DNA of 63,983 bases, counting the filler, from Octopus bimaculoides (lineage: Eukaryota), in the NCBI RefSeq assembly GCF_001194135.2. It is 3 parts of 3 records of this genome, joined end to end, with 100 filler letters (N's around TTAATTAATTAA, not from the genome) between each part and the next. Parts side by side here need not be neighbours in the genome. Positions count along the whole stretch, not along the records: positions 1 to 27,041 come from NC_068990.1; positions 27,142 to 50,163 come from NC_068981.1; 1 more part is not named here. One strand, 5' to 3'. A program made the position numbers and the translations under genes. Shown here piece after piece: positions 26,650 through 39,418 of this stretch (positions are counted from its first letter, which is position 1; the number at the start of each line of letters is the position of its first letter). Below the pieces are notes generated by a model. The model searched no databases. It was not told the origin of the DNA and saw only the letters and a program-made list of their open reading frames with translations.

Positions 26650-26762
26650 GTGTGTGGTGGTTGTGTACTCCACACGCAGGGTTTGACCACCTCCTGTACT
26701 TACACATTTGAACCATCATGGTATCTGATGTGGCTTTTTAAACCAGACAATTTTCTGAAAAT
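26650..26762 (-). mobile_element. Short LINE 3' end with C2H2-like motif (family shared with 36358-36540 and 53655-53848)
   Basis: Shares CTGGTTTAAAAAGCCACATCAGA (GLKSHIR) and the 3' UTR GGAGGTGGTCAAAC. Embedded in a TA/CA microsatellite. Confidence 0.75.
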
Positions 26763-27005
26763 ATATATATATATATATTACTGATAAAACATATATATCT
26801 ATATATCAATGTACATATGTGTTTGTGTGTATGTGTGAGACCAGTAAACCATGGCCTTGGGAGCTTTACCTTTCATCGGTATTCCATTCGTGCTTGCTAG
26901 AGATAGCAGTCAATCGTCCCTACTCACAATATATAAACGCCGATCTCGTAACAAACGATATCTATATATATTTGCATACAAACACATTTACACACACACA
27001 CGCAC

Positions 27006-27041
<36 letters not shown>

Positions 27042-27141
27042 NNNNNNNNNNNNNNNNNNNNNNNNNNNNNNNNNNNNNNNNNNNNTTAATTAATTAANNN
27101 NNNNNNNNNNNNNNNNNNNNNNNNNNNNNNNNNNNNNNNNN
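27042..27141. other. Artificial scaffold/contig linker (44 N + TTAATTAATTAA + 44 N)
   Basis: Exactly 100 bp, with a six-frame stop motif isolated between N runs. Identical to 50164-50263. Confidence 0.92.
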
Positions 27142-27257
27142 ACGAGCCAGGTTGGGAGGTTGGGTTGGGGAAGAAGCTGTGGACAAAGAGGTCTCGTAGG
27201 TTGTGGGCTCGTTTGAAGGAGAGAGGTTAGGGAAGATGTGTGAGGTGGAGAGGTCGG

Positions 27258-27288
<31 letters not shown>

Positions 27289-27339
27289 CACCGCTGCCAC
27301 TATATAATTTTTGAAGTGTCTATTAAATTTTTTTCACGG

Positions 27340-27565
27340 TGGTGCACCAGCATGACCGCAGCCACTTGGCTGAAACACATAAATAAATAAATAAATAAAT
27401 ATACGACGGGCTTCTTTCAGTTTCCGTCTACCAAATGCACTCACAAGGCTTTGGTCAGCCCAAGGCTATAGTAGAAGACTCTTGCACAAGGTGCCACGCA
27501 GTGGGACTGAACTCGAAACCTTGTGGTTGCTAAGCAAACTACTTACCACACAGCCACCCCTGCGC
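27340..27565. mobile_element. SINE family A fragments (plus tail 27340-27395; minus 5' half 27400-27565)
   Basis: Family A motifs in opposite orientations. Confidence 0.8.
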
Positions 27566-27672
27566 ATATATATGTATATATACATATATATATATATGTG
27601 TGTATATACACATATATCTATGTATATATACAAATATATATATACATATATATACATGTATATGTGCAGATG

Positions 27673-27708
<36 letters not shown>

Positions 27709-30383
27709 TACATATATATATATATATATACATATATATAACACTACTATACCACCCACAAATACAAATTGAAATTTCTGAGACCCTTTGCAAATTAGAA
27801 AGAAATCGTAAAAAACAATGACGTTGCATACCAAGCAACAATTTTACGCAGGACTCATCATGTTTTATATAGAGAGGTTGCACGAAAAATTAGGTTAAAT
27901 CGTGAATTTCGAACCACGAATCCACCGTTAGAAAAGAGAACACTACCGGTCTATAAAACAAAATTTGGCACCTCAAAGAAGCGATATTAATTACTCAATT
28001 TCGGCCCCTTCTTACAGAAATAACAATAAAATTTGTATACTATGTCTAGAAGAAAACTATAATAGAATGAGAGTGAATGGAAATCTAGTTAATACGAGTT
28101 GATGAAAAAGTTTGCTCATGCAAACACATGACCAAATTCCTATTCATTAATCTAATAATATAACAATTTACTATCTTATTTCTTAGTATGATATTTTTTT
28201 AAGAAACCACATTATATTCTCCCTTATTATTCAATATAGAAACTTATCCTATCCCCATTGTATTACTAAAACTTAAATTTCCTTTATATACTTTGTTTTA
28301 ATATTTCCTTTATGATAACTGAAGGACTTTCTATATGTATGTCTTTCTATACTTTTTTCCTCATACGCTTGGATATATGATCTTATACCTGTATATTTTC
28401 TCATTTACTCCTACGTTTTTGTACATATGCGTATGCGTGTATGTGTGCTGTGTGTTTACGAATGCATGTGTATTTGTACATGCATTCATGTGCCTATATA
28501 CACCCATAATGTGTGTATATATACATATATCTATATGTAGGTGTATATGGGTGTTGTATGCACATTCATATAGATATGTATAAGATACACCACCTTCTGC
28601 ATGCAGTTTTTTTTATATAACTATGTATTTGTATTTGAGTATACATATACATTTCTACTTATATGTATCCCCTTATATACCTATGCATATGTACTCCCAT
28701 TTTTTCTACCCCCGCCCTCCCAACATATCAACTTCACTAAATACTTGCATACGTTATTAGTTATTCCATCTTACAATTAAGTATATTTTCAATACTGATA
28801 TATACACAATTGTATGTTATAGTGAGGTTGTGCACGTTTGCATCTATATCTGCATATCTATTTCTATCTCTATGTGTATCTATGTTTGTATATATGTGTT
28901 TTTATATGTATACGTATGTATGTATATGTGTGTAAGTACGTGTATATGTATGCATATATGTATATGTGTGTGTGTGTGTGTGCGTGTATCCGTATATATA
29001 TGTATATGTATGCATGTGTATATGTGTATACGTGTTTATTTGCATATGTATGTATGTATTTGTACATGTATGTGCATGTGCATATAGTGCGTATGTATAT
29101 GCATATATTTCTGTATCTATATGCTTATATCTGTATTATAGCTGTATTTACATATTGGAGTGTATATACATTCACTCTACTCCATATATAATAAGCATTT
29201 ATCCTATAATTTTGGAACTTTCTATGTACCCCCACATGTATCTATCTACTCATAGATCATAATAATATTCATTTTTAATATATTTACATGCATTGAACCC
29301 ATATAACGTGTATTTTTATTCATTACGATCATATATAGCCATATCCCATCCTTATCACACAATAACTTTTTATATATACAAAATATTCCTTTTGTATAGC
29401 ATTATTGTACACATTTAATACATTTATCTTTAATCAATCTTCCTGTTATTTTTAACATTCATTTCTCTCATTACATCCTATACTTGATTATTATTTTTTC
29501 TTCTTATTTATCTCCCCCTACGCTAGTAAAATTTCGTTTCCTTTTCACCCTCTCTAATTTATTACTTTATTGTTTCTATATTTCTCTTCTTACTACATCT
29601 AAAATGTTCTCTTATCTCTACACTTAACGATAGACTTTGTAAATATATACAACCTTAATCATTATATTTCCATTTGAATTACCACTTTTCTTCATCTTCT
29701 CCTTTACTATACTTCTATGTTACCTTAATATGGATCTTGAGTAAACAAGAGTCCTTAATCCACTTCCACTTCATTCTTTTTAATTCTTCTCCTCCCCCTA
29801 TATTTTCATAAATGACTTCATTAATTTTCTAGTATAATCTTTACAAACATTTTTTTTATGCTAAACGTTCTTCATCTGTTTATGATTATTTATTTTAAAA
29901 AAACACCAAATATGGTTTTTAACAGTTAAATTTCATTTACATTAGGTAACGTTTTCTCATTGGACATTTCTCTAACTTACTATGCTGCATATATGGAGAT
30001 TTAATTAGCAAATCTATACTAATCTATAGAGACAGTGTTCTCGATATCACTATATTTATATCATCCTCTAACCGTTCATTTGTTAGTTGTGCTTTAATAT
30101 TTGACATGACTCCCATCTCGCACACAGATAGGAAGAGATAAACATGAAACTCATAGATCCAACTTCCCTGCTCTTTTTTAAAGTTCCTATTATTATTTTC
30201 TCTCTACACTGATGAGTACTATGATAATTTTCAAATTCAAATATGAATTTATATCTATGTACGAAACAATTGCATGCATGAATAAACTTTTTAACATCTT
30301 ATCTCCTCTATTTTTGACAAATATGATTGGATTTGTAGAACTTCATTCCATAAACTGATCATACACTTAATATTCTAATATAA

Positions 30384-30418
<35 letters not shown>

Positions 30419-30899
30419 TGTATGTATGTATGTATGTATGTATGTGTGCATGTGTGCGTGTGCGAGTGTGTGCGTGTGCGNNNNNNNNNNTATGTATGTA
30501 TGTATGTATGTATGTATGTATGTGTGCATGTGTGCGTGTGCGAGTGTGTGCGTGTGCGCGTGTGTGCGTGTGTGTATGCATGTATATATGTAAGTGAGAT
30601 AATAGTTTCACTTTTAATAGTTCCAGTATTAATAGTGAAAGTATTAAAACTGAAAGTATGATCTAACATTACAATGGAGATGTTATTGTTTCACTTTTGA
30701 CACGTAATACTGAAATAGCGTAAGAGATAAGAGATTGCTCCGGGCTCGCATTAGGCAAGAAGTTGAAAACTTACAATGTGCTCTATAAAAGTAGATAATG
30801 TTAAAAAAGTTATATCTATTATGATCTATTAAATGCTTTTTAAGAGAATTTTGTTTTACGCGATTCTTTCTTGGATATACACCTTTATTTCAATGAAGC

Positions 30900-31737
30900 A
30901 TAGTTCTGGGGTAAGATATGGAGTAAGCAAAAACAACATAATACTGTAGCTAAATGGTTCTGCAGCCTGAAGGAAACAGCTTCTTATCCCCAGCAAGAGG
31001 CTATCCACTTCGCAGAAGACACTATCAGACATATGAGTAAAAGAGTAAGCAATTGGAATGCAACAGGACCTGATGGTCCTCAAGGATTTTAAATTTAAAA
31101 AAAAAGTTCAGTAAGTGCCATAAATTGATCGCAGAGCAATTTACTGCATTGGTCGATGGAGAAGAAATCCCAGGCTGGTTGACAAAAGGACGAGCAGTGT
31201 TGTGTCTAAAGGATGCATCAAAAGGAAATGCTGTTGACAATTGCAGACCAATTTCTTGCCTCCCATTAATGTAGAAGCTACTGTCAGGAGAAATTGCAGA
31301 AGAACTGTACAAATTGTTACCGACGGGGAAAAAAGGCTGTAGGAGGAGATGCAGAGGTACCAAAGACCAGTTATTGATAGACAAAATGGTAATGCAAGAT
31401 TGTAAACGAAGGAGAACAAATTTGGGAATGGCCTTGATTGACTATCGCAAAGCTTATAACATGATTCCACATTCGTGGATTATTGAGTGCTTAGATCTGT
31501 TTGGAATTGTGATGGATGTAACGTGTTTTCTGAAGAGTAGTATGTTTTGGTGGAAAACTGAGTTGACATCCTACGGAAAAAGTTTTGGTACCCTGTGCAT
31601 CAGAAGAGGGATTTTCCAACGTAATAGCTTATCTCCGTTGCTTTTTGTTCTCTGCATGAATTCTCTAACCTTAGTACTTAGGAAAATGAACCTGGAATAT
31701 CAGCTAAAGGGAAAATCTCAAACAATCAAGCACCTCC
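30900..31737 (+). pseudogene. R4/Dong-like reverse transcriptase fragment
   Basis: [65 protein letters not shown] and [20 protein letters not shown]. Ends at a SINE B insertion just before the YMDD position. Confidence 0.88.
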
Positions 31738-31950
31738 TGCGAGCTGGCAGAATCGTTAGCACGTTCAGCAAAATGCTTAATGGCATTTCTTCCGGCTTTA
31801 CTTTCTGAGCCCAAACGCTGCAGAGATCGACTTTGCTTTTTATTCTTTTGGAGTCGATAAAATAGCAGCAACCAAGAACTGAGACCAATGTAATAGTTAT
31901 ACTTGCTTCTAACAAAATTACTGGCCTTATGTAAAAATTCGAAACCATTA
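31738..31950 (+). mobile_element. SINE family B
   Basis: GCGAGCTGGCAGAATCGTTAGCACG head and core. Confidence 0.8.
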
Positions 31951-33452
31951 TTATATACTGAAATGTATATGAAACATAAGGACCTGTAGAAATACGTCAA
32001 TGTATAAATATGGAATAGCACACCCTTAACTTTCTTTGTTAATTTTCTTTGTATGGAGTTTTTTCATCAGCAGCTTGTGGATTTCAGAATATATTGCGGT
32101 GAATAACGCGAAGAATAACAATTTGACTTTTTAATATCCGCATTAGCGTGGAATTTCTTTTTCTTGAAGACATATCTAACCCAAATGAAAAACAACATGA
32201 CTCAAAACAGCTGTCCAAGTTGTAATTAGAGATATTGAGACAAACTTTTGATTTAAGCATTAAGTGAAGCTTCTTGTGAACTTTCATTGAAAAGAAATCT
32301 AAGAGTACTTTTAACCACTTAGCCATACCTATATATGTATTTATGTATGTGTGTGCGCGCTGCGTATCTCTGTCTGTAAATAGGTTTGTTTTCTGCTTTT
32401 TCTGTGCCAAATATGCTTAACACTACAATATGAACACAAGCACAAAACTTACATATTACATTCACCTCCTGCTTCAGTATTATATCTATTGATCTATATA
32501 ACATCAATGTATTTTAATTAAATTCTAAAATATTCCTATTAGTATGCTCGATTAAATTATCTCCCATTCTCTCCGGTGTTCATTTACATTTCCTTCTAGT
32601 ATCATTCACTTCATAGTTTCTCACTTTCTATGACATTTTTTCTAACCACCACCCTCTATACACTACATGGTAAAAAAAAAACCCCCATTTAATATAAGTT
32701 TTACATTCAACCGATTCTCACACCAAGATGATTTTGTACGATATCTATTCCACCGCTCTTTCTNNNNNNNNNNNNNNNNNNNNNNNNNNNNNNNNNNNNN
32801 NNNNNNNNNNNNNNNNNNNNNNNNNNNNNNNNNNNNNNNNNNNNNNNNNNNNNNNNNNNNNNNNNNNNNNNNNNNNNNNNNNNNNNNNNNNNNNNNNNNN
32901 NNNNNNNNNNNNNNNNNNNNNNNNNNNNNNNNNNNNNNNNNNNNNNNNNNNNNNNNNNNNNNNNNNNNNNNNNNNNNNNNNNNNNNNNNNNNNNNNNNNN
33001 NNNNNNNNNNNNNNNNNNNNNNNNNNNNNNNNNNNNNNNNNNNNNNNNNNNNNNNNNNNNNNNNNNNNNNNNNNNNNNNNNNNNNNNNNNNNNNNNNNNN
33101 NNNNNNNNNNNNNNNNNNNNNNNNNNNNNNNNNNNNNNNNNNNNNNNNNNNNNNNNNNNNNNNNNNNNNNNNNNNNNNNNNNNNNNNNNNNNNNNNNNNN
33201 NNNNNNNNNNNNNNNNNNNNNNNNNNNNNNNNNNNNNNNNNNNNNNNNNNNNNNNNNNNNNNNNNNNNNNNNNNNNNNNNNNNNNNNNNNNNNNNNNNNN
33301 NNNNNNNNNNNNNNNNNNNNNNNNNNNNNNNNNNNNNNNNNNNNNNNNNNNNNNNNNNNNNNNNNNNNNNNNNNNNNNNNNNNNNNNNNNNNNNNNNNNN
33401 NNNNNNNNNNNNNNNNNNNNNNNNNNNNNNNNNNNNNNNNNNNNNNNNNNNN

Positions 33453-33605
33453 TATACGACGGGGTTGTTTCAGTTTTCGTCTACCAAAACCACTCACAAG
33501 GCTTTCGTTGGCCCGAGGCTATAGTAGAAGACACTTACTCAAGGTTCCACACAGTGGGGCTGAACCCAGAATCATGTGGTTGGGGAGCAAGCTTCTATAT
33601 CACAC
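33453..33605 (-). mobile_element. SINE family A, 5' half
   Basis: Family A central block and head. Confidence 0.85.
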
Positions 33606-33906
33606 AGCTACGTCTAGACCGAGTGGTGCGTTGAGCAAAACACTTCATTTCACGTTGCTCTGCGATCACTTCGACACCTGATGCGTGGCACACAGTGTAC
33701 CTGTTCAGACAACGTCGATCTGAAGCAGAGAGTGAGCTACTGCGCGGCACGAACACTTGATCACTATTAACAAATCATTTGTGTAGGTCATTCGGTAAAT
33801 GCTGAACTTTCATACGTCGTCTTCCACAGGAGAGTCCATCATGTGTGTGTGTGTGTGTGTGCGTGTGTGTGCGCTCGCGCACGCGCGTGTGTATGTATGT
33901 GTATAT

Positions 33907-33939
<33 letters not shown>

Positions 33940-34529
33940 TACATATAAATATAAACATACATACATACATACATACACTAGCAAATGCACCCGTCCTTTG
34001 GACGGAGTAATTTATTGTAATGGTGCACTCCTGTAGACGGTTTAAGTTGAATTAGCCCGCAGTTAGAAGTCGTTTCAAGCTGATAAGCGTAAATGTATAA
34101 TTATCATTTTCGCTAGCAGTTTATGATATGGTATTAAGAAACTAAGGTAATAAATAAATTTTTTTGAACACAAATTTGGCAGTTAATAATAAATGAAAAT
34201 CCATGAAATGGGATCACAATTGCAGTAGGCATTAGAGATCCTATATCTCAATTGAAACGTTTTGTATCATGTACTTATTTTTCTCGTAATGCCTGACACA
34301 TTGAAATTGTGTGTTTTGTTTTTTTTCTCAATGAAAGTCATGTATGATAAACAAAAGCAAACATTTATAACAAACACGCAAATAGAATAATGGCATGTGC
34401 AAAAATAAATGTCAGAGCATTCTTATAAGCGAACTGCAAGCATTGAAGGTAATGTACTGTTAACAACAATCAGGGAAATGAAGCAAAATATCAATGAAAT
34501 CTTGCAGGAAGTCTGATTGCTAACGGCTA

Positions 34530-35390
34530 CAGTTTGGAGTAGATGTGAAGAATGCAGTAGAGAAGTAACAGCTGTAGGGCTGCTTTGTAGACGACATTTT
34601 TTGTTTTTCCTTCAGGAGCATAGATGAATAAGTTGTCTGGATGGTCAACTCTGGAACAACCCAATCCGACAACTTTCAGCGACTGACCTTGTGCTGTGTT
34701 AATTGTCTTGGTGAAGCTGAGTTTGAGAGGGAACTGAAGTTTCTGTATAGGGGAGGGGTTGTCTGTTGGGGTTAGCGGAATTTTCGGAATGAAAATGGTA
34801 TCGTTTTTGCCGTGTCCCATGCTAATTTGGGCTTCAATGATGTGGTCCATCATTTGTTTGACCACAAGGCGAGTTCCATTGCATAGTGTGGGTGCGTTTA
34901 GATTGTGTAGGAGAATGACAGGGCAACCGACTTTTAAGTGAGGTACATGGGGAAAGAGTCCTGGAGGATTTTGGGAGTTGAAAAATTTTGTTGAAAAGTG
35001 TGTAACCTGATCGAGATCGGTAACAGTATCAACTGATCTGTAACAACATTCTTGAGAAGGTAGCTGACTGAGTAAGTCTCAATTAAGACTTTGTAGGTGC
35101 AAGAACAGCTCTGTCGTGAAGCCAATCTGGTTTTATTTATTCCGGTGTAAGATTTGGGTAAACAGCAGCCTTGTTTTCGTCGTTGAATTCCACGTTGATG
35201 TATGCATGAAATATTTTGCAGAGCATCTTTTTGTGGGGTATGACTCACCGATTGTCAACCAAAAATTCCTAACTATGACCTTTTTTGATGATTGCTGTGT
35301 AAAGGAGAGAATCAATTTCTGACTGTAACTTACGGTGTAAGGGAGACAGTCAATTTCTGACTGTTGCCTCACAAAGTAACAGACCTTCTG
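34530..35390 (-). pseudogene. Helitron Rep/Hel PIF1-type helicase C-terminal remnant
   Basis: LKVGCPVILLHNLNAPTLCNGTRLVVKQMMDHIIEAQI...IFIPKIPLTP...QFPLKLSFTKTINTAQGQSLKVVG...NLFIYAPEGKTKNVVY. The upstream part is frameshifted. Confidence 0.9.
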
Positions 35391-35540
35391 ACCCTAGAAG
35401 CGCTATTATTCCATATTACTCCATAAGTGAAAAGTCTAAATAGTGTAGAGCCATCTGTGGAACATAAGGGATGTATATGCCAAGCGTGAACGAAATCGGA
35501 TGAAAAATATTGATTTTACGTGAGATCAAGTAATGGCTGG

Positions 35541-35571
<31 letters not shown>

Positions 35572-35584
35572 TACACATCTTCTG

Positions 35585-36078
35585 TCTTATATATTATAAA
35601 TTACAAGTTCAAGTTTATACCTGTAATTATTGGGGCCCTGGGATATGTAACACACTACCTAAATACCAGTCTTGAGAAATTAGGCTTCTCAAAACCAGAA
35701 AGGAGAAAGCTAATTCGAAGACTACAGATCCAATCCATCATTGTAACTGTAAAAATCTGTAAAACTTTCCAGAAGTTTATCATTTAAATATATATGAGCA
35801 TGTCTACATATGCAACTATATGCATGAGAATACATACATAAAACATACAAATCTGCACATACATACATACACGCATACATACATACGTACATACATACAT
35901 ATATACATACAAACATACATACAAACAATCAAACAAAAACAACCTGTTGTTAATGTTGTAAGTCCAATGAAGAAACCTTGGATCTAGGTTAGAAACCGGT
36001 TCTTTTCTCTATTGGCAAGAATTCTTGAAATAAACTGAATAATGACATACATACATACATTCATACATACATACATAT
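35585..36078 (+). mobile_element. 3' end of RLE-bearing non-LTR retrotransposon (R4/Dong-like) with (ACAT)n tail
   Basis: YKFKFIPVIIGALGYVTHYLNTSLEKLGFSKPERRKLIRRLQIQS...KICKTFQKFII*, then a 3' UTR and TACA repeats. Confidence 0.8.
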
Positions 36079-36079
36079 A

Positions 36080-36333
36080 TGATGATGGCCGTCTACTCGT
36101 GACCGAGGAAGACCATTGCCGACTTTCAGGAACATTGTGCGCTCGAGGACTAACTTATATTTTGCATTTGCGGCTCCGTTGGTGGCTAATGAGCCCTGCT
36201 CTTGACAAGCATACACGACTGCAAACATCGCAGACCAAGCTTTCCCCATTCACTATACGAACCGTGCGCTTTCGCGCAGCTCGCTTAAGTTCTTCATGCT
36301 GGATACGTGCTCTCTCAAAAGTGTCGAAGTGAG
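36080..36333 (-). mobile_element. 5'-truncated RTE-type LINE 3' end (third in stack)
   Basis: HFDTFERARIQHEELKRAARKR...LVCDVCSRVCLSRAGLISHQRSRKCKI*, flanked on both sides by (ATGT)n. Confidence 0.82.
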
Positions 36334-36357
36334 ACATACATACATACATACATACAT

Positions 36358-36540
36358 GGTGGTTGTCTACTCCTTAAACAGAGTTTGACCACCTCCTGCA
36401 CCTACACCTTAGCCCTTTCATGGCGTCTGATGTGGCTTTTTAAACCAGACAGTGTTTTGAAAAAACACCCACACAGATTGCACCTCTGATTTGCACTACC
36501 AATACCTGCAAGTAAGTTCTGCTCATTGTGGATCCTAACA
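36358..36540 (-). mobile_element. 5'-truncated LINE 3' end (second in stack)
   Basis: RIHNEQ...QRCNLCGCFFKTLSGLKSHIRRHERAKV*, flanked on both sides by (ATGT)n. Confidence 0.82.
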
Positions 36541-36600
36541 TACATACATACATACATACATACATACATACATACATACATACATACATACATACATACA

Positions 36601-39415
36601 TGATGGCTGCCTCCTCGTTATCGAGTATGGCCATTGCACGAGGCTTAACTGTTATCGGTGCTGTGATCGAATGTGACTTTTTAGCCCAGCTAAAGATCTA
36701 CAATGTCATGTACAGAATTGGCAGCTAAAAGCTTTACCGGAAATACCCAGCTGTAGTTGTAACTGGGCTTCATGTACCCTTGAATGTCGTTTAAGTCCTC
36801 CCGCCGAATTACACTCCCTTCGACATACCTGACAGATATGATTAGTATGGTGTGTAGCATCACCACCAGCGACCCGGTTGTCAATCATCTGTCTCGCTTT
36901 ATGACTACGAAGATGACTCTTGAGTCCAGCTTTATTGAGGCAGAGTCTTGCACAGACACTGCATGTCTGCATCATAGGAAGACTCTTACCATCTAGAAGT
37001 GCAACAGCGATGCCCTTCCTGACATCCCTCCTTACTTTCTCATGCGCAACTCGAGATTTCTCAAAAGTAGCTGTCCCCTCGTACACAATCCTTCTCCACC
37101 TGCTACGGTCAATAGCTATGTCCTCCCATGTGTCAGGAGAGATGCTAGCATCTTTCAAGGAAGCCTTCAGCAAGTCTTTATACCTCTTTTTTGGTTTATG
37201 TAGAGGTCGTTCTCCTTTAGTTAACACTCCATAAAAGAGTTGTTTTGGCATCCTTGAATCTTTCATCCTGACCAGATGACTTCTCTATCTGAGCCTTTGC
37301 TTCAACACAAGAGTTTCTACACTTTCGCACCGAGAGCCTTCCAATATCTCAAGCTCACTGATGCGGTCCTGCCAATTAATGCCACATCTGATGGAAACGA
37401 TCCAGCTGTTTAAGGTGGCATCGATATGTGACTCAGGTCTCGCAGGCATAAAGAAGAGAAGAGAGCACACACACACGCCTTGTACACCTTTATCTTTGTC
37501 TTCCTGGATATGTCTCGCCGACTCTAGAGGCGCCTTTCTAGCCTTCCGAAAGCATCACTTGCTTTCCTAATTCTGTATGAAATTTCACTATCCAAATTGT
37601 TATATCTATTAACAGTGCTTCCCAGGTAGACAAACTGATCAACTACATCAAGTCGTTTACCATACACATTGATATTTGGTTCACTATACTGTTTACCAGG
37701 GGCAGGTTGGTACATGACAACAGTTTTCTTGAGACTGACTGTTAATCCTAAGGCAGTGCAAGCGTCAGAGAATGCATTCAAAATGTGTTGCATATCAATC
37801 TCTGTGTGCGCTACTAGATCACAATCATCTGCATACAAAAGGTCTCTTATGATAGAGGTAAATACCTTTGTTTTTGTAGCAAAGCGCTTGATATTAAATA
37901 TGCTGCCAGAGGTTCGATAATGGATATAAACACCATATCTGCAGTTTCTGAATGCAATACAGAAAACCATCGCAAACTATATGGCAAATAAGTTCGGTGC
38001 CAGAATATCCCCCTGTTTCACTCCATTTAGTATTGAGATAGGCTCCGACATTTTACCTCTAACATTAACCCTACCCTTCATGTCTTCATGAAAAGACCTA
38101 ACCAAAGCAAGGAACTTTTCAGGACAACCAAGTTTCTGGAGGAATTTCCACAGTGCATTTCTATTAACGGTATTAAAGGCTTTTGTCAGATCGACAAAAA
38201 ACTGGTATGAATCCAGACCCTGTTCCACACACTTCTCCTGAAGTTGTCTAGCTGAAAAGATCACATCAGCAGTGCCGCGTCCCCCACGAAAGCCAGATTA
38301 ACTTTCTGGAAGAACACAATCTACAACGTGTTTCAGCAGACGATCCAGAAGTATCCTGCATGAAACCTTTCCTACGACAGAAAGCAATGATATTCCCCTA
38401 TAGTTACCAGAATCATTCCTGTTGCCCTTTCCTTTATATAAGACCACCATTACTGTATCTCTCCAGTCCTTAGGTACAGATTCATTAGCCCATATCCTAC
38501 CAAACAAAGAGTGAAGTTGCTGCAGAAGATTCTCACCACCATGCTGTAACAACTCCGCATGTATGCCACCCATACCCGGAGACCTCCTATTATTCATCCT
38601 TGAGACAGCCACTGCAACTTCTTCCAACTTTGGTGGTTCTGCGAGAGCCACATTCACAGGTAATCCAGGGATGAGATTGAGAACATCCTCACTAACTACA
38701 GACTGCTGATTCAAAAGTTCATCAAAGTGTTCTCGTCACCTTCGCAGAATTCCTTGTGAATTACGAAGAAGTTCTTTACCATCCCTGCTTCGAAGTGGTG
38801 TCATCAGAGAAGTTGGTCCATAAACTTCTCGCAAGAGACCATACAACAGCTTTGTGTTATTGGAATCCGACGCCACCTGTATCTCATCAGCTTTCTTACT
38901 CCACCACATATCCCTCATCTGAGAGAGCCTCCGCCTCACACGTGATTTTACATCCTTCAGTTCCCTATGCAACACTTCTCTCTCCTGTGGCTTTGCTGCC
39001 AAATAGCGTGACAAAGTACGTCTTTTATCAGTCGATAAATCATCTATATGTTCATCATTTTCTTTAAACCAATATTTATGTTTTCTTTGTATCAATCCCA
39101 GAACTCTCTTGCCTATATCATAAACTGACTTTTTAAGAGTCGGCCAATCCTCCCCAATATCTGCAACATTCATTTCCTCTCGTAAAGTTCTCTTCACACT
39201 ATTACACCCAAAACGATCAACATTCAGTCTTTTAGGCAGAGTAATCCCTGCAGCCCGGATTTTACGTTTTACGACTAATTTCACTTTTTCACGTACATGG
39301 TAGAAAGAAACTTCTTCGTCATCAGTAGAGCACATAGTTGGAGCATGCACACTCACCAAGGTCACATAATTGCCTTTAACCAAAGGAATTCTCATGGACA
39401 TAAGACGCTCATTAA
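36601..39415 (-). mobile_element. RTE-clade LINE, 5'-truncated and disrupted (partial APE, RT, triple C2H2, (ATGT)n tail)
   Basis: NERLMSMRIPL...TLVSVHAPT (APE, with an internal deletion); NYRGISLLSVVGKV; FFVDLTKAFNTVNR; GVKQGDILAP; LLYADDCDL; FVYLGS; MKDSRMPKQLFYG..GERPLHKPKKRYKD; three Cx2Cx12Hx3-4H motifs. Multiple frameshifts. Confidence 0.95.
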
Positions 39416-39418
39416 TTA

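Noticed and set aside
34050-34530. Helitron 3' hairpin and CTRR terminus
   Set aside because: No convincing terminal hairpin plus CTAG was found, so the element ends are left undefined.
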